This document shows, piece after piece, positions 37,564-53,310 of a stretch of 64,000 nt of DNA. The notes below the pieces were generated by a model that was given only the letters and a program-made list of their open reading frames with translations, searched no databases and was not told where the DNA came from. Each line of letters begins with the position of its first letter. The first letter of the stretch is position 1. Both the position numbers and the translations under genes were made by a program. Source of the stretch: Eledone cirrhosa (taxonomy: Eukaryota); assembly GCA_964016885.1 (NCBI GenBank), contig OZ024740.1, forward strand, positions 180,792,001-180,856,000. Direction: 5' to 3'.

Positions 37564-40500
37564 ATGACCTCACTCAGAATAGGCAGCATAAATGCGCGTG
37601 GCTTGGGGTCGTCATGGAAGCAGGGTCACCTGCTCAACGACCTCAGGTCACTAAACATAGATGTAGTGGCCATCAGCGAGACCAGAATCTCCGAAGCACG
37701 GGCCTTCGCACCGATCTTCGGCGGCTACGATGTGTACGCATCTCCCAGCCGTCCTGGATCGGGGGTAGGAGTTGCTGCGCTTTTTCGGAGAGGTTTGGAT
37801 CTCGCCATACGGGCCATCTTCCTGGACCCAGAGGGTAAGTTGGTGGTGCAGGACCTGACCAGCGGAGACGGACAAGCTTTCAGGCTAGTGGCCGTCTATG
37901 CCCCGACAGGAGCAGGGCGGCCTGATTTCTTCCGGCGTCTGGAGACCTTTGTTTGGAACGTCCCGCTCTTTAGTGTTAGTGGGCGACTGGAACAGGATCT
38001 TAGATGCACGCTGGGACTGTGTGGGATTAGCGGATCGGGGTGGAGGGTGCAAGAGCCTCACCAACCTGCTCAGGCGTTTTGAACTGTCTGACAGGTACCG
38101 ATTGGATTTCCCGAATGTGCCAATGTGGACTTGGACAAATCGAATAGGGTCATCCAGATATCTAGATAGAGTATTTTGTAAGGAAATAGATAGGTCTAGC
38201 ATAGGCTGTTCACAATTCAAGATAGTCAGCTACACGGACCAGAAATTTGTGATCTGTGTGCTTGACTTAGATAGGCTTGATAGACGAGGACCCGGCTACT
38301 GGAAGCTAAACGCGTCCTTACCAGCGCGCAAGGCCTACATAGACCGGTTTAGCGAACTAGTTAAACGAGCGTTGACGGGGGTCATCGTCAACAACAAGTG
38401 GTGGTTTGCTCTGAAAAGAGCGATTAGAATAGAATCGATTAGGTTTAGTAAGGCTTTAGCAATAGAGAAAAATAGAGCAGAGGGAGAACTAGTTAGAAAA
38501 TTAGACGAGGCGCTTAGCAAAGGCATTGCGACCGACGTGCTTGCGGCGAAATTGGCCCTTGACCAATTCTTCAATGCAAAGCATGAAGGCTGCGTTGTCA
38601 GAGCAAGGGTGCGTGCTCTCAGACACGAGGGGACGAAAGCCGTTCAATGTGCCCGAGTGGAGGAGACGCGTCGTGGCAACAAAGCTACGATCAGGTCTTT
38701 GGTGGACAAAGACGGGCGCATGCTACTCGATCCCAGGCAAATGTGTGAAGCTTTTCAGCGACAATTTGCTCAGCTGTTCGGGGGCAGCGGTGGGCCGGTT
38801 CGAGGGATGGACTTTAGTGTCTACCTCGACGGACTGCCGCTGCTCTCGGCCACTGAGGCGAAGTGTTGCGAAAAGCCGATAACAGCCGCTGAAGTAATAG
38901 AGTCAATGACTGGCTGCACAAGGGGTAAATCGCCTGATTTGGATGGTCTGCCCTATGAGCTTTACGTACAGAAGCCAGACTTGTACGGAGGCCTCTTGGC
39001 GGACGTCTACTGCAACTGTCAACAGAACGGGAGAATTCCCAGTTCTGTGAGCCGAGGAGCGGTGGCACTGCTGAGAAAGGATCCGAACAAGGGGGATAAC
39101 ATAGATAATTTCAGGCCCATAACTCTGCTAAACACAGAGTTCAAGATTTTGGCCAAAGTGCTAGCAAAGAGATTGGCGCTTATCGTTGGTGTCTGGTGGG
39201 AGAGGCGCAGACATGCGCCATTCCCAACATATTCATCCACGACAACCTCCACCTCATGCGATACATCGTAGAGAGGGTAGCTAGGGAACCTGGCACGGGT
39301 GGGTCCTTGATCAATTTAGATCAGTCGAAAGCTTTCGATAGGGTCGACCATCGTTACCTAGCGGTAGTCCTGGGGGCAGCTGGCTTTGGGCCTGTCTTCA
39401 GAGGCTGGATCGCTGCCATGCACAGCGACATCTGCTCTGTGGTGAGAGTGAACGGTCACCTGTCGGAACCGTTCAACATCATGCGCTCGGTCCGCCAAGG
39501 ATGTCCCCTCTCGTCCCTCTTGTACGTATTGACTCTCGAGCCATTACTGCACAAACTGGAGACGTTGAGGGGCATCCCGCGCGAACTAGGATGCGGAAGG
39601 ACTGTGCCAGCATATGCGGACGATGTCACGGTAGTGGTGTCGAACGCCAAACACATCGAGGCGATCGGCACTACACTAAGAGAATACGAAGCGGTGACAG
39701 GAGCAATGATCAACCAGGAAAAGTCATTGGTCCTGCAGCTCGGCACCTGGAGGGGCAGGTCCATGTGCCGTCCAACAGCGTCGTCGGGCGCTGGACGGAC
39801 GGACCGGTTAAATCGAGTGTGGTCGCCGTTTGCTAGACACGTATTTCCCCAGCTCGTTTCCTTGACGGAGCTGCAGTCCTGGGTCAAGCGAAGACCGAGC
39901 GGCAGCGCCTGGAGACTGGAATGTCTTCAGGCGCTCACAGCCCTCGACCAATCGGGCAATGTGATCGGTGGACACTCCACCTCGGCGTTCTATAGAGGAT
40001 TAGTGGAGGGGAAGAGCGACGACGTACTTGGGGAAACTCTAGGCGTCGACGAAAATCAACTAGCCAATCTCTTCGGAAGAACTTTCGGGCCAGGGCCTAT
40101 GGACAACTTACAGAAATCTCTGGCCTGGCAGTGCTAGCGAGGAGCCTTGCCAGTTCGGGATAAACTCTACAGGCATGGAGGTGCCGTCAGCCGGACATGT
40201 CCGAGATGCGCGCAGGGCGACGAAACCGTTCTGCACGCACTCGTCGAGTGTCCGAAAATTTCTGACTTGTGGGTTTATGTCGAACACCTGCTGTCACGTG
40301 TAGGACGGATCCAGCTATCAGCTGAGTCCATCGTGAGGATTGCCCTGCCCTCCTCCTTTAGCCGGGAAGGGCAGGAATTTTTTATCTGTCTGGTGGCCAT
40401 GGCGAAAGATATAGTATGGTGGACACGTTTGAAAGGGCTGAAGACGAGCACTTACCTCTTCGGTGATGCTCTGATTGACTTTTTCAAATTTCATTTGAAA

Positions 40501-40614
40501 AGGAAAATCAGATTAGAGAGGGAAGTGCTCTCTTCCCAGGATTTTGTTGAAAGATGGGTGAGAGAAGCAAGAATGGCCCGAGTGAATGGGCCTACTCTGA
40601 GTATATATCTGTAA
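37564..40614 (+). pseudogene. Tx1 ORF2 of copy C
   Basis: APE, RT (DQSKAFDRVDH, QGCPLS, YADD) and zinc finger, with an internal deletion near 39812. Confidence 0.93.
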
Positions 40615-40861
40615 ATTAAAGGTGGAAAACTGGGAGAGGGCACTTGCCTTGGTGGTCAGGGTCACTGTGGCCTTTTACTGGGCTTTCTCCACAAATGTCC
40701 CTCCGAAGTCTCCCCCTATTGGGGAATTTTTCATTGTTATTTTTTTGTTACATCCTCTGTTTTTGTTTTTTACACGCAGAAATGCCCATTTGTACCGTCC
40801 TGTATTTCCTTCACTGTCCTTAATGTCTACTTTATGTAAACCCTTGTGGTTAATAAATAAA

Positions 40862-40908
<47 letters not shown>

Positions 40909-41299
40909 GTTATTATTATTATTATATATTTTAGTTATCTAACGGTACAGCGAGCTTTGCTGCATATTATAACTTAGTGGAAAATATGCTGAAATTATCA
41001 AAATGGAAACTGCCTTATCCGTCTTAAAACTGCTGTATAATGTATTCATTGAAAATATTGTTTTTCTTCAATTTTCTTTTATAATATATATTTTGCAAAC
41101 AAACGGAATTACCAATTTAAAAGTGTTTACATCTACTTTATTCACAAGGACTATACTAAAAAGTGTTAGAATGATTTAATACCAGCATCTGAGAAAAGCA
41201 ATTTCCTGTCTACTACTGAAATGCACGAGTTATCTTGTCATTGCATTATAAACTCAATGTCATGTATAATCAGAGTTGTTATGAAAACACATTTATTAT

Positions 41300-41378
<79 letters not shown>

Positions 41379-42432
41379 AACACATATTTAAGACCCACTT
41401 CAAAGATACACAATTTATGCCCATTAGAAGTCTAGATCATTATTATTACCACTGATCTTTGGATGTCAATGTTATGATAACATCTTTAAAATATCCAAAA
41501 TTACCTAATGGCTTATGTTGATCTGATCTGAAAGAGAGTTCGAAGTTTTCGTCATAAACGTGGTTTATTAACAATCACCTGTCTCTTTTGGATACGGATT
41601 AATTTTCATTTCTGCTCATTAATATGCAATAAAAGGTAATACATATCGATACATAGTCTTACATTTTATAATATTTATGGTGGCAGACAGGTTTACCTAT
41701 TCAAATTAATATGTTTATGGTAAAATATGATTAACAATATTATTTTGAAAGATGTGACTATTATGGTGTTTCCTATGCTATATTCATGTTCAGCTATGAG
41801 ATTCTCTATCACATGATCCTAATTCCTGTGATAGAGAATCTAATTTACCTTCTATTAAAATATCACTGGTTTATACACACTTAACTTATTACGGGTTTTA
41901 TCGGGTTCGTTTTTATAACACAAGGGAGATGAAACTATCATTAGATCCTCAAGCTTTTTAACGTAAAGTATAGAATCGATATGATTTATTTAATGGCCAA
42001 TCACACTTAGCAACTTCTGTATACCACTGTCTTACATAGAAAATCAACATTATATTTTTTGTCATTTGATCTAGGTTAATTACTATTAAAAGCTGTTAAA
42101 TAAACTGCGCAGTTTTTAACATAGTAACATTTTAGAAAATGTAATATACCTATATGAACATAGAAATTGAAATCCACGGGAAAATATTTAGAAAAGTATC
42201 ACCGTGCGTGTTTTCTAAAACACAGACAAAAGCAGCCTATGGATTAATAGATATTAATTCATGCGCCAGGCAGGAAATGAGTAAATGGAAGTTATATCGG
42301 TGATATAAAAGTAAGGAAGCTCCAAGCATGTTTGTGCTTAGTTTATTTCCATGTGTCATATATCCTCCCTCCGATTCGATGTAATAAAACGCAATTCAGT
42401 GAACAATAACTATTCTAATCCTTACCACACGT

Positions 42433-42521
42433 TTCTTCTTCTTCATCATCATCATCTTCTTCTTCTTCTTCTTCTTCTTCTTCTTCTTCTTCTTCTTCTT
42501 CTTCTTCTTTTTTTTTTTTTT
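42433..42521. repeat. (CTT)n microsatellite plus poly-T
   Basis: Seen directly. Confidence 0.9.
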
Positions 42522-42592
42522 GTTACCCGGCTGGTTCTCCTCACTCTCCATATCTTGAATATGCAGTTACTCTTCTTCCACTTGGCCTTCAT

Positions 42593-42779
42593 TCGGTGAA
42601 TTGGCAGTATCGGTAGAGGGTCAGACACGCTTTCCAGCGTAGTTACGTCCCTTTATGATCTGAGTTCAAATCCCGCCGAGGTTAACTTTACCTTTCATCC
42701 TTACAGGGTCGATAAAATAAATTACTAGTAATGCACTGGGTAATTGCTGGCCTTCTGCCAAAAAGTAGAAACAATTATT
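42593..42779 (+). mobile_element. SINE family 1
   Basis: CGGTGAATTGGCAGTATCGGTAG...GAGTTCAAATCCCGCCGAGG. Confidence 0.88.
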
Positions 42780-43084
42780 TTCCATACTCTCAACTCTATT
42801 TGAATCCCCAACATCCTGAGCTTCGATATCATACATAGCCTCCTGGCTTCTTTAGGATTTCAATCTCAATCTCAGATAATCATCCGTTTTTGTATATGTC
42901 CCTTACCTGATCACAAATCTTCATTTCAGTTACTTCAAAGATTCCCATCATATGCCTTACTCGCACATCCTATGTCTATATCCTCTAATTGGCACACCGT
43001 TTTCATTCAGATGTCTGCTTCTGAAATCCAACTCCATACCAGCCTTCTTTATCTCCTTACTCCACTTTATTGTTATCGTTATTG

Positions 43085-43276
43085 GGCGGTGGATTGGCAG
43101 TATCAGTAGAGGATCTGACGCTATGTTTTGCAGCATAGAATTACGTCCATTTACGGTCTGAGTTCAAATCCTGCCGCGGTTAAATTTGCCTTTTCTCATT
43201 ACGATGTCGATAAAGTAAAGTACCAGTAATGCACTGATATAATTGCTGACCATGTGCCAAAAGTAGAAACAATTAT
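43085..43276 (+). mobile_element. SINE family 1
   Basis: GGCGGTGGATTGGCAGTATCAGTAG...GAGTTCAAATCC. Confidence 0.88.
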
Positions 43277-43581
43277 TATCATTATTATTCTTTTTATTGT
43301 TGCTGTTGTTGTTATTATTATAATTAGAGTAGTTTCGTGCACAAGTCTTATGAATGTGTTGAGGAAGATGTACACTATGCAAATTGATATTGATAAATAT
43401 CGGTGAACTATGTGATGACAATGACAAAATGGCGGATGGTAAATAGAAATATGCACTAATTTCGAAATATTATTTATGTAGGATTTCTGAGTTGGGAGTA
43501 TATATATATTTATATGTTTAGAGAGATAGAGAGAGAGAGAGAGAGAGATCCATAAATATATAAATATATATATACTCCCAA

Positions 43582-43661
<80 letters not shown>

Positions 43662-43731
43662 TATATACATATATATATTTATATATACATAAATACACAT
43701 TTACACACATACACACACACGCGCGCGCACG

Positions 43732-43836
<105 letters not shown>

Positions 43837-45239
43837 TACAACACGAATTGCATTCATCCCCTATATGTATCATGCATTGAAATGCACTTTCCGTGGAATT
43901 ATTGAATTACTGACAAAAGAAATATACTGTTGTATTGTTTATTGTAGAATTCTAGGTCATATGCAACAATCATATTCTTTATGCCAATTCGTTTTGTTCG
44001 CTAAACGAAATCCAAACCAATATATAATTAACAATATTTATCGAAGTAAGACTATTCCCTTTGATATGTAACTATAGAACTATATTTAAAGATTGACAAA
44101 GCATATTAAATAAATAAAACAGTATTACCATTAAACGTCTTCTGCAATTGATATATTTCTCTAACTTTCAAAGAGAGAACTTATTTTATTACAGTAAAAT
44201 ATAGATTGAATCCATCTAAAATTAAAGTATATAAAAAAATATTGTCCTGGAAGATTTATTTATAGACAATTGATCAACAACTAATAAGTAGGAAATACAT
44301 TTGCAACACTAAAATCTGGCAAACCAAGTTTTTATATCTCGTCAAATAATAGCTATATAGGACATTCTTGATTATGATATATTATATTTTACTTACACAC
44401 ACACACAATTACAGACACATTCATACAATCACGTGAGTATGCATTAAATAATAACATAGGCACCTATAATACACTGAAATTCTCATATGCATCCTCAGCA
44501 TTTTTCACTTTCCCGACATTGTTCTTACAGAATGTATGTGAGGGAAGATAAATGCAGGAAGAACTGCTGTTATCGAATCACGTCTGTGGGTATTTTTTCC
44601 CTCGCGTTAGTTTCCAAACATCAACCAATTAGTGTAAGTAACCTTTCGTTTCCAAACTAGAAAACCCAAGACACTCAATTACGTGCCTTTCGAGAAAATA
44701 ATGAGTTTAGAGGGAGGAAATAATGAACTAGATATTTTTTTCAAATTTATTTAACGTTTCTACCTGAGTTTCGGCAAAATTACATAGCAAAACTATCCGT
44801 AGAAACAATATTGATTGTTTAAGAGGTTACATACTTCCTTAAATTTTCGGAAAGGTTTCACAGATTTAATAATAATTTTAAGTCGAGTATCTTACTGTAA
44901 AATGATCAATAGTTCTCTATTGTGAAAGGTAAATATATTCTAGTTAACATACAAGGTGAAAGATCTTACAATTTGTAGCTCTAATAATTATTTGCGTAAT
45001 TCAGACCATGTTTTGTAGTAGTTTAAAAAACCCATTTCATATCTAATAAATTATAGAATTTCATCACTGACTGATGATCTATTAATGTTTCCTCTTTTTA
45101 AATTGAGCTTTGATTCAAAGTAAAATATAATTCTATGATTTATAGAATTATTATGTTTTAGACATTGATTATTCATTTAGTATTGCATCGTACGTATGAT
45201 ACATACATATATATGCACACATACATACATATATACTTC

Positions 45240-45345
45240 CATACATACATACATACATACATACATACATACATACATACATACATACATACATACATAC
45301 ATACATACATACATACATACATACATACATACATACATACATACA
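45240..45345. repeat. (TACA)n microsatellite
   Basis: Seen directly. Confidence 0.95.
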
Positions 45346-45958
45346 TTATACACACATATATACAATGAAGATTTCAATGGAGATACATAATTAAAAGCTG
45401 ATTAGCATTGGAAAAGACATGATTGTCTCGAAAAACAAAGAACCTCACATTGAAAATCATACCAAAAAATTACATGTAGAACATATATAAAGCATGTCTG
45501 GTGACCGTAAGAATAAAACTTCTCATCACAAATGAGCAAGCAGTTGAGAAGAAAACAGTTCCTATTCTTAATCGACAAAATGCGATCTGCGGTGAAATAT
45601 GAGTAAAATGAATGCAATCTAGTCGGAATAAATAAAATATGTGATTATGTTTCCACACACTTCATAGAAGAAGCTTCATTGACACAGCCAGTGTACACGA
45701 GAGAGATAACTTCATGTTACGTAGCAATGCAATCATAACACACAATATCGTTCGAATAAAAATATAAAAAGTTACAGGTGTGTGGGGGTAATAATATTAC
45801 CTTACATGAAATAACAAATATATATATATAGTAATAATAATAAATTTGAAGACTAAAATCCAAAGAGGGCTCGATAAGGATAAATATATATCGAATATAT
45901 AAGAATATATAAGGGTGAAAGCAGCGATTCTTTGCTTAAACTTTAATCTGTTATTTTG

Positions 45959-46000
<42 letters not shown>

Positions 46001-46028
46001 TTATCAGCGAACGTGTAGGAAAGAAGTA

Positions 46029-46250
46029 TCAGTTCATTTACTATACAAAATAAGATCCTCTATGAGGTCACTAAACCTGCTAGAAACAGCAGCTAACTAT
46101 TCCCCATATCACACCACACCCTACTGTCTTAAATTTAGAAAACATATCCTATATGAGGTCACTAAACCTGCTAGAAACAACAGCTAACTCTCCTCCATAT
46201 CACACCACTCCCTACTGTCTTAAATTTAGAAAATACACATTAGACAACCA
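46029..46250 (+). mobile_element. Tandemly duplicated SINE-like body fragment (~110 bp x2)
   Basis: TATGAGGTCACTAAACCTGCTAGAAAC...CCCTACTGTCTTAAATTTAGAAAA occurs twice. Confidence 0.65.
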
Positions 46251-46504
46251 TGCAGAACAACTCCATCGCAGCTCTGTTGTTCGGCTGGCATCGTCTCAGC
46301 GCGTGTTGCGCAAGTACTCTGAAACAATAAATTTCAACACTTCTTTGCACAGATATAATATCCATAGGCGAAATTACAATTGTCACTCCTGGCGCAGCTG
46401 TTGCTTCGGCAGTCAAGGTCTGCAATTCATTCACCCAGTGCCTGGCAGACAAAAAAGGTGGTGCCATAAAATGTGTGGTGCAACCTAACTTTGGTAATTT
46501 ACTG

Positions 46505-46673
<169 letters not shown>

Positions 46674-46696
46674 TATTATATGTATGTTAATGTATA

Positions 46697-46727
<31 letters not shown>

Positions 46728-46757
46728 GTATATAGACATACATTTATATATATATAA

Positions 46758-49284
<2,527 letters not shown>

Positions 49285-49304
49285 ATATATACATATACAT
49301 ATAT

Positions 49305-49338
<34 letters not shown>

Positions 49339-49345
<7 letters not shown>

Positions 49346-49756
49346 TAATATTTGATGAACATTTACATGTTATAGTTGCAATTGACTAATAAGATCGCTA
49401 GAGTGAAAAATCTTAATTCAACAACATAAGGTCTGCCTGTACGATCTAGAAAATAATAAATCAATACTCACAGACTCATATGGGCAAAAAGCCTTGGTAC
49501 CTAGACACGTTTAAAATTCAAGATACAAACTTTTTCCGCAGATCTGACCGATCTGCGGAAAAAAGTTTGTATTTTGAATTTTAAACGTGTCTAGGTACCA
49601 AGGCTTTTTGCCCATATGAGTCTGTGAGTATTGATTTATTATTTTCTAGATCGTACAGGCAGACCTTATGTTGTTGAATTAAGATTTTTCACTCTAGCGA
49701 TCTTATTAGTCAATTGCAACTATAACATGTAAATGTTCATCAAATATTAATTTATA
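49339..49756. repeat. Near-perfect ~418-bp palindrome with a 5-nt loop (TGACC at 49545-49549)
   Basis: The arms are reverse complements with only a few differences. Confidence 0.95.
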
Positions 49757-49822
49757 CTGCTCAGAAGCGATTCCTAGAGCTGAAATGATTGTAAATGACT
49801 TCTTTGAGTCTAAACTCTAAGC

Positions 49823-49894
<72 letters not shown>

Positions 49895-49914
49895 ATATAT
49901 ATATATATATATAT

Positions 49915-50468
49915 ACAAGAATCAAAGCTACGTTCAAAGCATTTATTCACTTACAATTGTTTCATCCAAACCTAGGCTTGGATTCTTCGGACCATTTTAC
50001 AATGTTTGTACACATAATTGACCTCCTTTCCAAAGCAACAGACATACAGATCCATATATATATATATTGATGTACAGTGGAGTGGCATATATATACTATT
50101 TTTGAACAGCAATTCAAATTCAAAATCAATATCAAAATTAAAATACTTTCGGCAGATAACACAGATAATGCAAGAGGATAGTTTCATAGTCAGGTCTAGA
50201 AGGTAGTGTAGGCGCTAGTTACACGTGGAGCATAATTTTGATTTTGATTTTGATTTTGAATTTGAATTGCTGTACAAAAATAGTATAGTATAATATATGC
50301 CACTCCACTGTACATCAATACATATATATGTATCTGTATGTCTCCTGCTTTGGAAAGGAGGTCAATTATGTGTACAAACATTAAAAAATGCTCCGAAGAA
50401 ACCAAGCCTAGGTTTGGATGAAACAATTGTAAGTGAATAAATACTTTGAACATAGCTTTGATTCTTGT
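49915..50468. repeat. Fold-back inverted repeat (arms ~49915-50140 and ~50238-50468) with a hammerhead per arm
   Basis: ACAAGAATCAAAGCTA... versus ...TAGCTTTGATTCTTGT. Confidence 0.9.
50389..50435 (+). ncRNA. Minimal hammerhead with CCGAAGA core (mirror copy at 49948-49994, minus strand)
   Basis: TGCT-CCGAAGA-aaccaagcctaggtttggat-GAAA-CAATTG-TA-AGTG. Confidence 0.65.
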
Positions 50469-50616
50469 GAATTCTATATAACTGCTCTCTAGAACAACTG
50501 ATGTTATTACATTGAGCTATTTATCTTACTGGTAATAAGGTAGTAATAAATTACTGACCTTCACTGTTTAGGGTTTAAAATATACATAACTATAAAAAGT
50601 TTTTAAATAGTATCCC

Positions 50617-50617
<1 letters not shown>

Positions 50618-50650
<33 letters not shown>

Positions 50651-50654
50651 TATT

Positions 50655-50720
<66 letters not shown>
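50618..50720. repeat. (AAT)n/(ATT)n palindromic microsatellite
   Basis: An AAT run immediately followed by an ATT run. Confidence 0.9.
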
Positions 50721-50826
50721 ACTATTTCATTATTCTCTACATTCCTTACATCAAACTAAAATATGCTGACAATATTTTAATAATGTCTTCCTTGTGAAAT
50801 TTTGCGGCCTTGTTTTGCTAAATTAA

Positions 50827-50882
<56 letters not shown>

Positions 50883-50887
<5 letters not shown>

Positions 50888-51863
50888 TAATAAAAACAAT
50901 GAATACAAACAAAGAAACAGTTCCTTATATTAAATAATTCATCATTTTACGATCGTTTCTAGGATATATATGTGTGTGTTGGTATGTATATCATATAGAT
51001 CTATGTAAGGTTTTACAAACTATCAGAGGGAATATACAAACCTACACATATATATGCTGTCTTCAGAAATAATGATATTTGTTTATTAAAAAAAAAAAAC
51101 AACATTTAATACAATAGGTCTGTTTGGGAACAGGTTTTGAATTGACCAATAGAAAAGTAGTAAGTGGTCAAGTTGATAGAATAGTAGTAGTAGAAATTTA
51201 ATTTAGGGTTAGAGGAATGCAGACTTCAGTTTCGAATGGAAAGAGCGTTTTGAATGAAAATATTACTTTGGGGATGAAAATAGGTCAAGCCGGTGAAAGA
51301 TACACGAAAATTTGATGTTATTAAAGAATAATGCTAATGTTAAAATCTAAGGAGAATAACATTTTACTATAAATGTGTTAGTGAAAAATCTCAATCTTAT
51401 GTAAAACATTATTCTTTAATAACATCAAATTTCCGTGTACCTTTCACCGGCTTGACCTATTTTCATCCCCAAAGTAATCTTTTCATTCAACATACTCTTT
51501 CTATTCAAAACTGAAGTCTGCATTCCTCTACCCCTAAATTAAATGTCTACTACTACTATTCTATCAACTTGACCACTTACTACTTTTCTATTGGTCAATT
51601 CAAAACCTGTTCCCAAACAGATCTATTATATTAAATCTTTGTTGTTGTTTTTTTTCAGTAAACAAATATCATTATTTCTGAAGACAGCATATACATGTGT
51701 AGGTATGTATATTCCCTCTGATAGTTTGTAAAACTTTTACATAGATCTATATGATATACATACCACACACACATATATATCCAAGAAACAATCGTAAAAT
51801 GATGAATTTTTTTTAATATAAGGAACTGTTTCTTTGTTTTTATTCATTGTTTTTATTAATTTA
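50883..51863. repeat. Fold-back inverted repeat (arms ~50883-51333 and ~51407-51863) with a hammerhead per arm
   Basis: About 450-bp reverse-complementary arms following a (TA)n tract. Confidence 0.92.
51669..51805 (+). ncRNA. Hammerhead with ~100-nt stem II (mirror copy at 50939-51075, minus strand)
   Basis: TCATTATTT-CTGAAGA-[~100 nt, ATAT..ATGTGT..GGTATGTATAT pairing with ATATACATACC..ACACATATATAT]-GAAA-C(A/G)ATCG-TA-AAATGATGA. Confidence 0.7.
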
Positions 51864-52089
51864 TCTTCACTCTGTTTTCCTGTGTTTTTCATCGAAAAAA
51901 TGTTGAATACATCTTCTCTTTTCATGATATTTGGATTACATTGAGTTCTTCATACGGATTGGACACCACCGTATATTTTGGTAGATTTATCCATCTCTCT
52001 CTCTCTCTATATATATATACATATATTTATAATATATATATATATATTATATATATAATAATATATATATATATATTATATATATAATA

Positions 52090-52165
<76 letters not shown>

Positions 52166-52238
52166 CGTTTCTGAATTTGTTTAGCAAGATTCTTTATCTG
52201 AAATCGTGTGTTGAAACCGATATTTTTATACAAAGTAT

Positions 52239-52278
<40 letters not shown>

Positions 52279-52364
52279 GTAGGTCCCGGGTTGAGTCGGG
52301 GATAACCACAATAAGTAAGGTACTCAATACATGGCAGAGTAAAATTTTTTTATTTTATAGAAGG

Positions 52365-52415
52365 AGCTTCTACAGGACTAGTACTGTTTCATTCAGATGA
52401 AATCTTCAGGAAGCT
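52365..52415 (-). ncRNA. Minimal type I hammerhead at the PLE 3' end
   Basis: The reverse complement reads AGCTTC-CTGAAGA-tttcatctgaat-GAAA-CAG-tactagtc-CTG-TA-GAAGCT. Confidence 0.87.
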
Positions 52416-52993
52416 GGGTATCATATTAAGTTCTGGTATTTATACATTTAGGTAGTGGCAACGGAGTGGTGGTGGATGGGGGGGGGGGGTATTTAGATAC
52501 ACAGGACCACTTCATGGCACAGGCCGTTTTTTCTATGGGGAGTGGTTAATTAGCCAGAGTGCTTTTTTGAAATAAATAAATAAGTAAATAAATAAATAAA
52601 TGAATAAATAAATAGATAAATGAATAAATAAATAAAAGAAATAAAGAAATAAATAAAAAATAAATAAATAAAAACCCCAAGAATAGTAATTCAACAGATA
52701 TATAGAAGGGAAATTTTTTAGGTGGGTAGGTAATAGAAATTAAACATTTAACAAGACCGAATCATGGCACAGACTGGGGTGAGTGGTCAAGTTAACATAC
52801 AAGCCACAGATGGCCAGAGTGTCTTAGTAGGATGGAAAGAATAAAATATATTTACATACTCACAACCACATACAAAAACACTTACACACACACATACATA
52901 TATACCTACATACACATACACACACACACATACACATGTGTGTGTGTGTGCACACCCGCACATTCACACACACACACACACATACATATATAT

Positions 52994-53042
<49 letters not shown>

Positions 53043-53310
53043 TACACACACACACACACACACATGTGTGCGCATACACATACACACACATACATATACG
53101 CACACACACACACACATACATACACATATATACTTATATACACAGGAAAAACACAAACACACAAATACACACACACACACGCATACACATACACACACAC
53201 ATATATATATATATATGTATCTACACATACACACGCGCGCATACACATACATATATACACATACATATATATGCATACATACACACACACATATATATAT
53301 ATAGAGAGAG

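Larger units (their letters stand above)
35238..40924 (+). mobile_element. L1/Tx1-clade LINE copy C, full length and decayed
   Basis: Preceded by (TTA)n at 35217-35237. Has ORF1 35454-37528, ORF2 37564-40614, AATAAA and an (ATT)n tail at 40864-40924. Confidence 0.93.

Noticed and set aside
23065-40137. Many antisense ORFs overlapping Tx1 ORF2
   Set aside because: These are shadow frames of GC-richer coding sequence with no independent motifs.
49760-49800. Hammerhead after the perfect palindrome
   Set aside because: Only a decayed 3' half (GAAATGATTGTA) is present, with no CTGANGA core or stem I.
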